DNA of 64,000 nucleotides, taken from positions 18,166,001 to 18,230,000 of the forward strand of contig CM106586.1 in the NCBI GenBank assembly GCA_048013815.1, in the 5' to 3' direction. This stretch comes from Setoptus koraiensis (lineage: Eukaryota > Animalia > Arthropoda). The position numbers and the translations under genes were made by a program. The notes under the pieces were generated by a model. It was not told the origin of the DNA. It saw nothing but the letters and a program-made list of their open reading frames with translations, and made no database searches. Of the stretch, positions 1 to 11,054 are shown piece after piece. Positions within the stretch are counted from its first letter, which is position 1, and each line of letters begins with the position of its first letter.

Positions 1-1110
1 CTGTTGAATGCAGCACCGGTCCTTTATTTGTTTGTTGTTGTTGCTGCCAGGAAATGGATAGCTCAATCGTATAGAGGTGACACACTCAATTAAACTGCTG
101 GCAGATAGCGAGAGAGTTACCTTGATGACTTATAGGCTGACTTATTGCCGGTATGGGCCGTATGTTTGTTGTGTGGAACACAAAAAATCCTTGTTGTGTG
201 AAATCCAGCGTGTATGTGAGAGGAGAGTATGTGAGAAAGACAAAAGCCCCCCCTGAAAACGCTAATTAAACTTGAGCCCTTAAAATTGTTGGCGCCGACC
301 ACCAACTGGTCGGCAATTGCCATGCAGCCAATCAAGCGACACACAAAGACGAGTTTTGCAAGTTGTGTCCAGCTCGACATGTAGTGACATTCGTGTCTGT
401 GTCGAGTGATAAATAGTGATAAATAATAATATTTCAGGTTATTATTTCCCACACAAACACACACACACACACGCATACGCTTGCACTCACACACTGTTTA
501 CAACAAAGGAGAGACAATGAGTAACTTTTGTTGTGTGTATGTGATTATCCCGGATAATGATGTCATGATATCGCCAGTTACTGGATATTGGCAGAGCCCA
601 TTTTTCTCGTGCTTGATCGGCCGGCGCTGCTGTTTCAATGGTCGTTGGCTTCATCGGTGTCTCTTGTGGCGCCTGTGTCAGTAGTAGTTGTATAATGGTC
701 AATTTTTAATACCTAGATTCAATTGGTCTGAATAAATGTGTCCATTGTCGGTATAATCGGTATACGGCGGCCCCGTTCAGCTGATACGCAATTCGTTGGG
801 CTAGCCGCGCGAGACGTGGCCCAGCACGCAGGCCAGCAGCATAGAGCGGCCAAATGTGTATACAATACAGTACAAATGCGAAGCGAGACACACACACACA
901 CACACACACACACACGGCAGCGTGGATTTGGCCGGAGCAGTCGCTCAATTGTGCGCCGAAATGATCACCGAATTGCGGCCACAATTCGAACGACGGCCGT
1001 GCGCATGCTCAAGCAAATTATTTCTTGTGGGACACCCTGTACCAAGGCCGAGGCATGGCTGCGGTGCTGCTGCTGCAGTGTGGCTGTAGTATGTGGTTGT
1101 TGTTCGTATG

Positions 1111-1125
1111 CGCAAACAGGTAAGT
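1111..1125 (+). other. Consensus splice donor (ACAG|GTAAGT, exon end 1119), probably a 5' leader exon of the downstream eyegone gene
   Basis: Perfect donor match at 1116-1125. Assignment to eyg is an inference from position and strand only. Confidence 0.35.
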
Positions 1126-1900
1126 TGATTATTGTGTGTGTGCGCAGAAGCATCGTCGTAATGAATCATGATCAAAAAATGAGCCAGCCAGCAGTGGCAT
1201 TGTTATTTACTATAAGCAATAAGTTGCGTTATAGTTTGCTGCTCACACTCGCACTTTAGTTCGATTTTCGGTGCCAGCTGGCGAGTCTCGTCTCCCATTG
1301 GTGAACACACAGCATAGCAACACACACACACACACACAAGTGGAATTGTCTCGCAGCACAGTGGTCGGCCATTTTATTGCTCCATTATAGTCACCATTTG
1401 ATCACAATTCGATCCGGTTAGATTAGATTCCACTCAATTCGATTCGATTCGATGCGAGCCCGCAGCCAGCGCGATCATTCCACGATCATCATTCCATGAG
1501 TAACTCGCTCAGAGGCGACAACACATCGAACGTTCACAGTTTTTAGATTATTTAGCTAGAGAGAATTAATTAATTAGAATTATTGTTAGCTCAGGCATTG
1601 CAGTATAGATTTGTATTTATTATTATCGCAACATCATCACAACGTCACAACGTAACCATCATCGCAGCACCATTTTAACTAGAAGAGCCCCAGTTATGGA
1701 TCGCATTCCATGAGACTACTCGCTGTTTCATCATACATTTATGCAGCCATCGAGTGCTTGTTGCGCCAACAACGCCAAACAAGAGAACACTCTCGAACCG
1801 ATTGACAACCAGCAACAGATTGATCGCCACAAACTGAACCAACTCAACCCACGGCCAACATTCACTGAACACACGCGCGTCGGACGACTCGACACACAAC

Positions 1901-4661
1901 ATGAACAGTCACACTATGACCTCAGAGTCGCACCAGCAGCATCATCATCCAAACTCACCTGTAGAACCACAATCAAAGACCACATCAAACAATGTGTCAC
2001 CATTCAGTGTTGCAGCACTATCTCAACCCCATCAACCAAACAGGAATTCTGCAACATCGTCACCCACACATAGCAATCACGCCACAAATAGCTCTATAAA
2101 CACATTGATTAATCAACAGCAACCAACCTCTGTCGACATGCAACCATCAACAACGGCGGCGGCCTCAGCGGCGGCCGCAGTAGCAGCCGCTGCTGTGTCT
2201 CACAGTTACTCTATTCAACATTTGGTCAGCCAACGACAACAACAGATGGGTGCTGCTGCTGCAGCAGCAGCGGCAGCCGCAGCCGCTGCAACGGCCTCAC
2301 CTCAATCAACAGCAGTCAGCCTAGCCGCGGCCCAAACAGCTGCCTCTTTGGCCATGTTCCGTCATCATCAACAACAACAGCAACAACAACAACATCCAGC
2401 ATTACATCATCATTCTCATCATCATCAACACCAGCAGCAACAACAGCAACCGCATCCTCATTCACACCAGCACCTGATTCCATCTACAACAAATTCTCAT
2501 CATCATCATCATCATAATATACATTCGCATCATAACCCATTGCACTTATTACCACCGCAACCTCATCATCAGTCACCAAATGATTCTGTTAATCTTCCTC
2601 AACATCCACATCATCATACTTCAGTTATAGGTGGCTCCAAACCAAAAGTTGCCACGCCGGTAGTTGTTAACAAGATTGAACAATACAAAAGAGAGAACCC
2701 AACTATATTTGCATGGGAGATACGGGACCGTCTCATTAAAGAATGTAAGTAAACAAAAGACAATAGCAATCATGACCCAAATCTATATCTTGATATACGT
2801 GATACAATATTGTCAGAACTTTATGGGAACATGCATGTCTGTTCACAGCAATTGTGGTTAAATCATTATCATCGATCCTATATAGAGCCAACAATTTAAG
2901 GCAGCTTTTCCGGACTTGTTCGATTTAATGACTTGCACAAGACCTATAATGTCAAGAATCTAACATCAGTATTACACATGTATAAGTAACAACCTCCTAC
3001 TTTGATCCTTATTCTCATTGATGTATCTATAAAACATACAGCTGTATGTAGCAGTAATACTGCCCCATCAGTCTCTTCGATCAATCGAATTCTGCGTAAC
3101 AGAGCATCGGAACGTGCTCAAGCCGAACTTGCTAGAACTTTCCTCTTGAATGGGACCCTGCCACCAAATCCACAGCAGCAACAGCATCTACATGGTAATC
3201 ACGAGCCAAACAATAGTAGCCTTATAAGCAATCACCAGCAAATTAATGGAGACAGGAGGAACAGTAGATCCGCATCTGGGTACAACTCAGCATCAAATAC
3301 CCCAACTAACACCTATAATGGGCCCCCATCATCACTGTCGTTGGCTAGACCAACTATGTCTGCAGCTCTAGGCAGTGGCCTAGATTCATCGGCCGCTACT
3401 GCCGCATATCACCAATCTCTCATAGAGCAACATTTAGCCATAACTCAACACCTCTCAATGAACGCCTCAGGTAGGTCACCAGTATAATGTTAAAGGACCA
3501 ACATAAAAAAGAAGACTCTTTATGAGATTAAATCTGCCACTAGAACAGTTTTCCTATTGTTATTCTACAATCCAAATGACAACTTACTCATGAATTCTGC
3601 ATATCGCATCACCAATTCTTCAATTATTTTTGTTGTTATAGGTTCAACTCTCGGTAATACAGCTAACAATCAACAGCAAAATTTATACTCAATATGGGCA
3701 GCTGCAGCTGCTCTTGCTGCTTCTAGACCACAACATCAACCTCATCTGGGCCACACTCTCGGTGGGCTTCCTTTCAATGGATCTAACAATCCATTCCTAC
3801 ATTTCGCTGCTGTTGCAAACTCGTCAAACTTTTTGCAGCAGCCAGCAGACCATTTTAATCAGTTCACCAACGCTTTTAATCAAGCAACTCAAGACTACTC
3901 GCCTAATCTTTTAAATGGTAACCCTAATGGCAATGTCAGTCTTAAACACAATGATGATGGACTGGCGGAGGAAGCCGAACTTAACAATAACTCCAATGTC
4001 AAGGAATCTCAAGGTAACATCAATGAACAAAACAACAAGTTACTAGCAATATCATAAGATGTGCGCATAATCAAATCTAATCTAAACTATCTTCGTATGA
4101 TTGTAACCTCAATTTATATATGCACATATATAATTTATTCATCATTTTTGTATATTTTTCTATAGAGAAGGCGGTGAAGATAGACAACGAAAACTTAGAT
4201 GCTCTGATAACAGAAGAGAATCATATACGGATGAGAAGGATCGCTTGAATGTATCATCTCCTGAAAGAGGAACTGATGACGAGGAAACCTCACCTTCCAC
4301 ATCTTCAAAGTTTCGCCGGAATCGTACAACCTTCTCTCACAAGCAGTTGAAAATATTAGAAGAAGAATTTGAAAAGACGCATTACCCCTGTGTTGCAACT
4401 CGTGAAAAACTGGCTCAAATAACCAAGTTAAGCGAGGCTCGAGTGCAAGTCTGGTTTAGTAATAGGAGAGCTAAATTTAGGAGGCATCAGAGATTACCAT
4501 ATTCAAATGATCATCCCGGCTATAGATCTCCAGATACAGATCTCTATGATACATCATCTAATTGCTCCCTTATAGATGACGATGATCAAGAAAACATCTC
4601 CGATTGTAATAGTAGCTCTAAATCGGATAGACAAATTTATGACATAAATCAATCATCCTAG
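1901..4661 (+). CDS. eyg: Eyegone/twin-of-eyegone-type Pax transcription factor (RED-only paired domain plus S50 homeodomain); join(1901..2744,3042..3470,3642..4013,4168..4661), about 712 aa; last junction uncertain
   Basis: [36 protein letters not shown] joins via GT-AG intron 2745-3041 to [26 protein letters not shown]. Homeodomain [10 protein letters not shown]...[11 protein letters not shown]...[20 protein letters not shown]. Both match the Eyg signature as I recall it. Phases of introns 1-2 are consistent. Confidence 0.9.
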
Positions 4662-4858
4662 TTGAATCAAAATTTATACGGATCTATCGTTCACATATGA
4701 TTATGTACATTAAATGTAAGAAATCATTATTATTTGTATATAAGATAGTTAATAAATGTGGATAACTAGAATAGTCAGAGATGCGAAAACTAGGCGATTC
4801 TACCGGTATTTATTACTTAATTTACTTTATTCTATAACAACTATTTTGGAATCTTATC

Positions 4859-7384
4859 TCATGATGGATACCTTTTTGAAGGTTTGTAACTTTTTCTAGG
4901 ACCAAAAGTGTACTTTGTTTCTCCCTCAACCGCTACTGGTATTTTAGGTGGTGGTGCAATATCGTTTGCGTTATTTGCTTCGTCTGGATTACTTGGATCT
5001 ACCCATCTTTTGAGATTATTATCATAGTACATGCTGTTTTCTTTGGGAAGTATCATTGGTTTTGCTTTGTTTTGGGGCAAGATACTTGAGGCCACTTTGG
5101 AGAACATGTTCTTCATATTCGATTGAAGACTACTTGCAGGTTGCTGATCTCCAGATTGCGACTCCCTGGGAGGTTCAACATCTTTCTTTTCATTCGGAAT
5201 CGAATTTCTAGGAGTCGGAGACTCTATTGGGCCGTTATCATACTCATTTAGCGGGGAGATCGGTGACCCGAAGGAATTCACTGGATTATCCGTGAAATCA
5301 TGATGTGGCATATCATCTTGTAAGGGTGAAGATGTTGTCATTTGGGGCTCGGCAGGCTGAGGAGACAATATGGCAGGGTCATTGGCATTTGTACTGTTAT
5401 AATGTACATTTGCATTATAGGCCTCGGTTGTGCCTACCTCGAGTGCTGGAGGTTTTTGATAAGCCCAGAACGGCGGAGGTTGATAGTCAGGCAATGGTGG
5501 TTTAAATCTATCTTCTAAAACGTCATTGACAACTTCTAGAGATGGTTTGTGGGGTGGTTCATTTAGTTGGCTGAGCTTCTCATCCTCTAACTGTTCCCCA
5601 TTGTAACCGGATTCTTGAAAGTTTCTATCGACGTTCTTGTAAGATAAATCATGGCTCATATAATTTTGGTTATCATGCAACGGACTATTGTTGTATGTTG
5701 GCAAAGAGTTCACGATAGAATTTCTTGATTGAGATTCCAAAGCATAACCCTGTGAAGATTCATACTCATTGTCTACGATTCTGCCCTCGCAAGTTGCACA
5801 CACTTCGGCTAAATAGCCAACACAAGACCTTATTGCAAGCCAGTCATAAGATGAATCTTCAATTTGTATACTTCTTCCGTTTCCAAATCTTTGTTCAGTT
5901 TCAAATTGCTTGAGAGCCTCTTTGATGTCATCAATATATCCATTGCATTTTTGGATCATTCCATAATCCAACAATTTGGAGGCGAAGATTATTTTATATG
6001 GAACTAAATTGATTAGATACTCATAGTTACTCGGTGCAACACTTAGATTGCGTGCAAACTCCCAAACTTCGTTCAAGATCAAAAGCTCTGGGCTCGATAT
6101 TGTTTGTACTCTTGAGCCAATAGTTTCTGTCAAAACGAATGAAGAAAGGGACCGATGAGATAGATCATCGGACCTAGAATCGTCATTCGATAGTCCGAAA
6201 TTGATTAAATGATTCCTATCCTTATTTCTTATTGCAACAATCAGTTTAAATAGTTCGTTCGATGTATCATAATCAATACCTTGTATCTCACATTCATTGG
6301 ATATTAATATTGCGAAGAGATAACTATCCTTTGCAGAGACAACTGGAATCTGATTTAATGAGTTACTATCCCATTGTTTTAAAATTTGATTTAGCAAGGT
6401 CCTGTATAAACAATAAACAGGTCGTAAATCTATATGGACTTTAGTCTGATCGGGCCTCATCTGTACTAAAGTCTGGCCCTCTAAGTCAGCTATGAATCTT
6501 GAATTTAGTGAAACAATTGGATCATCTAGCAGCCTAGCTTCTTTTGTTTCTACTGGTAAACAATTCACAGGCTGATATTTGTCTAAGAATGATAAGCATT
6601 GAGCATGTGGCCATAATTTCTGACTAGCAGCATATTCAATAGCTGATTTTCGTTTTCCTAATAATAGTTGCTTGATAAACTTATTTATTGCTTCGTCTTT
6701 TTCATTTATTTTAGTGTCACCAGGGTCTAAAAGCATCTCAGCCATATCAAGTCCGCTAACGTTTCCATGCTGAAGTATCAACTTCAGTAAGAGATTCCAT
6801 ATAATAGTTCTTTGTTCATCGTGCGAAAATTTTTTCCTACGTTGAAATTCATTTTGTTGCAATGTTGTAATATAATTTATTATACCACCGGTCGGCGATT
6901 GACTGCGTAGAGGCCCAGGCCAAACATTCAAGAATATATCATACATCTCATAATCTAAGCTTACGAGGTAGTCTGACATAAGGGACATTGGCGCAATTGT
7001 GATACAGTTGTGCTGGACTTGTATGAAAAAATTTCGTCTTGTAAATTTTGCCACAGTATGCTTAGTTGGGAACTTTTCCGGTGAGTCATCAAACGCCGAC
7101 GGGTTCAGAGATAAATCTAACGAGTACTTGGCCATGAATTTGTAATACTCTATCTCATAAATTTTAGTCCACTCGGATTTGTAAGCTTCCCTAGAAAGTT
7201 GGCCACTTTGTAATAAAACGGCTGTACGTCGAGTGGCCTCATCTCTAGCGGAATGAGTGGCCTTCATTTGCAGTTTACCCAGTATTATTCCATGCTGAAC
7301 ATTCGATTCAGCTACGCTAAAAGTGGAAAATCTCGAGGAATCCATATTGTAATCTGTTTTGCCTATAAGATATGGTTTTTGCAT
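4859..7384 (-). CDS. Sec16: Protein transport protein Sec16 (ER exit site scaffold), short intronless form of about 841 aa; start at ATG 7384 or 7345
   Basis: Central conserved domain motifs LLLGKRKSAIEYAASQKLWPHA and ELLILNEVWEFARNL...VPYKIIFASKLLDYG. C-terminal MILPKENSMYYDNNLKRWVDP. One uninterrupted ORF. Confidence 0.88.
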   Translation of the reverse strand: MQKPYLIGKTDYNMDSSRFSTFSVAESNVQHGIILGKLQMKATHSARDEATRRTAVLLQSGQLSREAYKSEWTKIYEIEYYKFMAKYSLDLSLNPSAFDDSPEKFPTKHTVAKFTRRNFFIQVQHNCITIAPMSLMSDYLVSLDYEMYDIFLNVWPGPLRSQSPTGGIINYITTLQQNEFQRRKKFSHDEQRTIIWNLLLKLILQHGNVSGLDMAEMLLDPGDTKINEKDEAINKFIKQLLLGKRKSAIEYAASQKLWPHAQCLSFLDKYQPVNCLPVETKEARLLDDPIVSLNSRFIADLEGQTLVQMRPDQTKVHIDLRPVYCLYRTLLNQILKQWDSNSLNQIPVVSAKDSYLFAILISNECEIQGIDYDTSNELFKLIVAIRNKDRNHLINFGLSNDDSRSDDLSHRSLSSFVLTETIGSRVQTISSPELLILNEVWEFARNLSVAPSNYEYLINLVPYKIIFASKLLDYGMIQKCNGYIDDIKEALKQFETEQRFGNGRSIQIEDSSYDWLAIRSCVGYLAEVCATCEGRIVDNEYESSQGYALESQSRNSIVNSLPTYNNSPLHDNQNYMSHDLSYKNVDRNFQESGYNGEQLEDEKLSQLNEPPHKPSLEVVNDVLEDRFKPPLPDYQPPPFWAYQKPPALEVGTTEAYNANVHYNSTNANDPAILSPQPAEPQMTTSSPLQDDMPHHDFTDNPVNSFGSPISPLNEYDNGPIESPTPRNSIPNEKKDVEPPRESQSGDQQPASSLQSNMKNMFSKVASSILPQNKAKPMILPKENSMYYDNNLKRWVDPSNPDEANNANDIAPPPKIPVAVEGETKYTFGPRKSYKPSKRYPS

Positions 7385-7411
7385 ATATAATACGTTTGAG
7401 CGGAATAGGTA

Positions 7412-7783
7412 CAATATAATTATATAAATAAATTAAATCTGTATAATGGATTGTTTGCGAATTGACTCACAATGAGTTTGCCGATATTTCGCTGTCAAAC
7501 GTTCGCATATGACTCCTTGACATACACGTCAGGTGTTCTGGATGCGGTGCACAAACACCGCACCACTGCCCTTAATAATAGCGCGAGATACGAAAGTTTA
7601 AAACAACATTTCGTCGAAGTCGAGCGCCTATTGAGTAAGAGACGACCATTTCTTTGAATTTATTGTTTACAACAAAAATATTCACTCGATACATAACATT
7701 CAACTTGACAGACTCTCTCTTCGTGATGATGATTAGTGTATCAGATAGAATATATATGATAGAACATAACTATATATTATCGG
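7412..7783 (-). promoter_or_regulatory. Duplicated upstream element, copy A (faces Sec16)
   Basis: Inverted homolog of 12148-12472 with six identical 16-28 nt blocks. Contains TGACGTG (7525-7531, minus) and TGTAAACA (7664-7671, minus) and ends 27 nt before ATG 7384. Regulatory role is inferred. Confidence 0.6.
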
Positions 7784-8266
7784 TGTTTACATGTTTATGA
7801 CTGTCAAAGGAATAATTAAGGACATAATCAATGTGATAATAAAGAGAAAAAAGGTAGAAGATTCATCCTGTTGAATAAACTGCCAACTGTAATAACATCT
7901 AACACCTTGGTGTGCGAATAAAGAAGAACTCTACGTGTAAAGTGATTTTGCTAGCTAAGATCACTCGGCTAAGGGCAATTTACGAGGCTTCGAACCGGGT
8001 GGGGGAGGTATGAAAACTAGTTGGTTCGGATTTTTTGCGTTATTGTTATCAGTAATATCCTGAGTATTGCGCTCATTGGAGCCGCTGTTTGTAGATGCAC
8101 TGCTCCCTACTTTGGGATTTGTTCCGTCCTTCTTACTCATGTTCAAATTAACTCTTATCAATCCCTTAAGGCTAAGATCCAGTTTGGGCTGATTTTCCTC
8201 AACCGGATCACTGTCTCTGGCTTCATGCTCAAGTGTTTTAAAGTGATCATGCAGAGCGACATTCAA
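7547..8266. repeat. 720-bp direct duplication, copy 1 (equals 10335-11054)
   Basis: Offset 2788. By eye only three substitutions: 7556/10344, 8116/10904, 8138/10926. Confidence 0.95.
7961..8266 (-). pseudogene. Duplicated 3' half of NECAP (LNVALHDHF...KLPLAE*), no PHear N-terminus; probably forms the 3' UTR of the upstream orphan gene
   Basis: Near-identical to 10749-11054. Begins at a TTG overlapping the TGA of ORF 8263-9456. Confidence 0.85.
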
Positions 8267-9456
8267 TGCTGCATCTTCATTGCCTCTTCATATGAAGGAA
8301 GATCCTCACTCCAAGAGAGATGATTCTGTGTATGAGGATAAATCTCCTCGAACTTGGGTGGCGGATTATTCAATGATTGACTTGAGTTTGTAAAGTTACT
8401 ATTTGGTAGAATACCATGAGCTCTCTGACCTGCGTTGTTGAGAAATACTTCCGAGTCGACAGCCGAAGGGTCATCAACTGATATGGATAGCGATTGCCGA
8501 TCCGCTGTCTGGCTATGTAAATGATGGTGCCTATTCACTGCTGTTATGAAAGGGTGCAACCATTGTGATGCCGTGGAGGCATCCTGCCTGATGCGTCTAT
8601 GTCCTGACATCGATTGTCTTCTGACTGTATGAATAGATTTGAGTTTTCGTAACTTTGCAGTGAGAATTAAGATGAGGAGAAGGATCCATAATAAAACGAT
8701 AGACACAAATGAGAATTGAGTTGCACTCAATACAGGTTGGAAGCTAGATTGAAGTTCGTTGATATCAAAAGCTCTTTGACATGCGTTAGTTTTCGAATTC
8801 CAAAACTGACCCCGCTTACATTCTCGTCCAACTAAGTCTAATGGCACACAACCCAAGGTTCTGTTTGATTCATAATAGAGATGATGGGTTGATCTGCAGT
8901 TACATCTTTGCTTGCGTTGATCACAGATTAAATCGGGATGTCCGCAAGGATTGTTTCTAGAGCATTCTTTTAACAATCTAGGTTTGTTTGAAGATGCAAT
9001 TAGGCATTTGTTCGTCGCTGGGTCCCACAGGAAAGCAAGGTGTTGTAAGGAGGGGGCGGGAAAACAGTTACATGGATGACCAAACTTCTTTGATATAGGT
9101 GGTCGACAATAGTCTGTCGTCTCGTTTCTATTAACAAGGGCCATCAGCTTATCCGGTAGCTGGGACGTTTGAATAACAGTTATAACTGGAGCTGCAGTAG
9201 CTGAATCTTCATATGATAGTAGATTTTTAACTAATAGATTTGGCCGTAACAATAGGTTTGGAGTATCTGTATCATCAGAATTCAAATGTAAAAGATTCTT
9301 GCTGTCTTTGCTGTTAATACTGGCTAAATTACTGAGCGAAACTTCATCGTGATTTGTCCTGGTAGGAGGATTCTTTTCATCGCTCTGATCAGATAACTGT
9401 TCTTCGACGAAAGAGTTTGATTTGGGTTCAGGTGTGGTCTTAATGCTATCAGCCAT
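8263..9456 (-). CDS. Uncharacterised single-pass membrane protein, 397 aa: Cys-rich (EB/EGF-like) region, TM helix, cytoplasmic PY-like motifs
   Basis: ATG-initiated intronless ORF. Cys-rich segment (CNC...KC...C...PC...LIC...RCNC...GC...C...FW...AC). Hydrophobic FSFVSIVLLWILLLILILTA followed by KLRK. Tail motifs PPPKFEEIY and LPSYEEA. Confidence 0.8.
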   Translation of the reverse strand: MADSIKTTPEPKSNSFVEEQLSDQSDEKNPPTRTNHDEVSLSNLASINSKDSKNLLHLNSDDTDTPNLLLRPNLLVKNLLSYEDSATAAPVITVIQTSQLPDKLMALVNRNETTDYCRPPISKKFGHPCNCFPAPSLQHLAFLWDPATNKCLIASSNKPRLLKECSRNNPCGHPDLICDQRKQRCNCRSTHHLYYESNRTLGCVPLDLVGRECKRGQFWNSKTNACQRAFDINELQSSFQPVLSATQFSFVSIVLLWILLLILILTAKLRKLKSIHTVRRQSMSGHRRIRQDASTASQWLHPFITAVNRHHHLHSQTADRQSLSISVDDPSAVDSEVFLNNAGQRAHGILPNSNFTNSSQSLNNPPPKFEEIYPHTQNHLSWSEDLPSYEEAMKMQH

Positions 9457-10334
9457 GATAATAATTGGAAAATATCAGTTTAAAACATCAATGACTCAGG
9501 GCCAACATCAGTAAGTCGATAGCTAAATTGTTAAATGAACATGTGTAGTTCGATTAGCGAAAGGGTTTCTTTCTACTCCTGCACTGATACCTTACTGATT
9601 GTTACAGATGAAAAAAATTGGTTGGTATATTACGATATTTATTTTATTTCGGGTGCAAATAAATATCACGCGATCGTCCGAAGGGCTTGTCGTAATGAGG
9701 TCCAAATAAGAGCGTTCGTTGTTGGATCAATTCCTTGTCTGATACTCCATTATTGATGATAAATGTGGGTTAATAGTTGCGTCATTGTAACGTTAGAACC
9801 AAGTGTGGGAATTGTGGTTGTTGTTTTCGGTATAGTGTATCGGTAGGAACAATGCAGCTTGCGAAACGATTCACAAAAGCTTAATTTTTGTTGTCTGATC
9901 TAAATTGTTCGAATTCTGAACAATACCACTATTTGCATCAATATAAACATAACCTATAAGCAGATGAAGCAATTCTCTTTTGCTAATGCAGCTCAAATTT
10001 CCCAGCAATAAATAAATAAATAGTCTTCTAGGCCATGTTTAACGAATCCTCATTAGATTGTTAGGGTATATTCGATGTGTGCCTTAATTCAAGAGTGAAA
10101 ACTGTAGATATTCATTCTCAGGGCTAAATCCTGTGGGGACAGTGTGGGTTTTTTCCAATTCAAATGACTTAGATCAAATTCTAACCGCGAGAGGCGTTCG
10201 CAGCGCTTTTGAAATCCGTGCAGTGTTTCACTGAACGATCTCCCCTTCTCGAATAATTTATTTTGACATCAGTGGAGCGCTGATATGATTATTGACGCTA
10301 GTGGCGCTCTGGTTGGTAGGCCCAAATGTAAGTA

Positions 10335-11054
10335 GTGCACAAAAACCGCACCACTGCCCTTAATAATAGCGCGAGATACGAAAGTTTAAAACAACATTTC
10401 GTCGAAGTCGAGCGCCTATTGAGTAAGAGACGACCATTTCTTTGAATTTATTGTTTACAACAAAAATATTCACTCGATACATAACATTCAACTTGACAGA
10501 CTCTCTCTTCGTGATGATGATTAGTGTATCAGATAGAATATATATGATAGAACATAACTATATATTATCGGTGTTTACATGTTTATGACTGTCAAAGGAA
10601 TAATTAAGGACATAATCAATGTGATAATAAAGAGAAAAAAGGTAGAAGATTCATCCTGTTGAATAAACTGCCAACTGTAATAACATCTAACACCTTGGTG
10701 TGCGAATAAAGAAGAACTCTACGTGTAAAGTGATTTTGCTAGCTAAGATCACTCGGCTAAGGGCAATTTACGAGGCTTCGAACCGGGTGGGGGAGGTATG
10801 AAAACTAGTTGGTTCGGATTTTTTGCGTTATTGTTATCAGTAATATCCTGAGTATTGCGCTCATTGGAGCCGCTGTTTGTAGATGCACTGCTCCCTACTT
10901 TGGAATTTGTTCCGTCCTTCTTACTTATGTTCAAATTAACTCTTATCAATCCCTTAAGGCTAAGATCCAGTTTGGGCTGATTTTCCTCAACCGGATCACT
11001 GTCTCTGGCTTCATGCTCAAGTGTTTTAAAGTGATCATGCAGAGCGACATTCAA
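10335..11054. repeat. 720-bp direct duplication, copy 2; includes a partial copy (C, about 10335-10570) of the Sec16/TMED9 upstream element without the TGACGTG block
   Basis: Direct sequence comparison with 7547-8266. Confidence 0.95.

Noticed and set aside
7472-7657. 61-aa ATG-to-TGA ORF within element A
   Set aside because: The homologous frame in copy B has no ATG and has premature stops. Substitutions are a mix of silent and missense, and the ORF is antisense to the Sec16 leader.
10190-10335. U1 snRNA-like words on the minus strand (TACTTAC, AGGGGAGAT, ACTGCAC)
   Set aside because: Spacing is incompatible with U1, and there is no ACTTACCTG 5' end or downstream Sm site.
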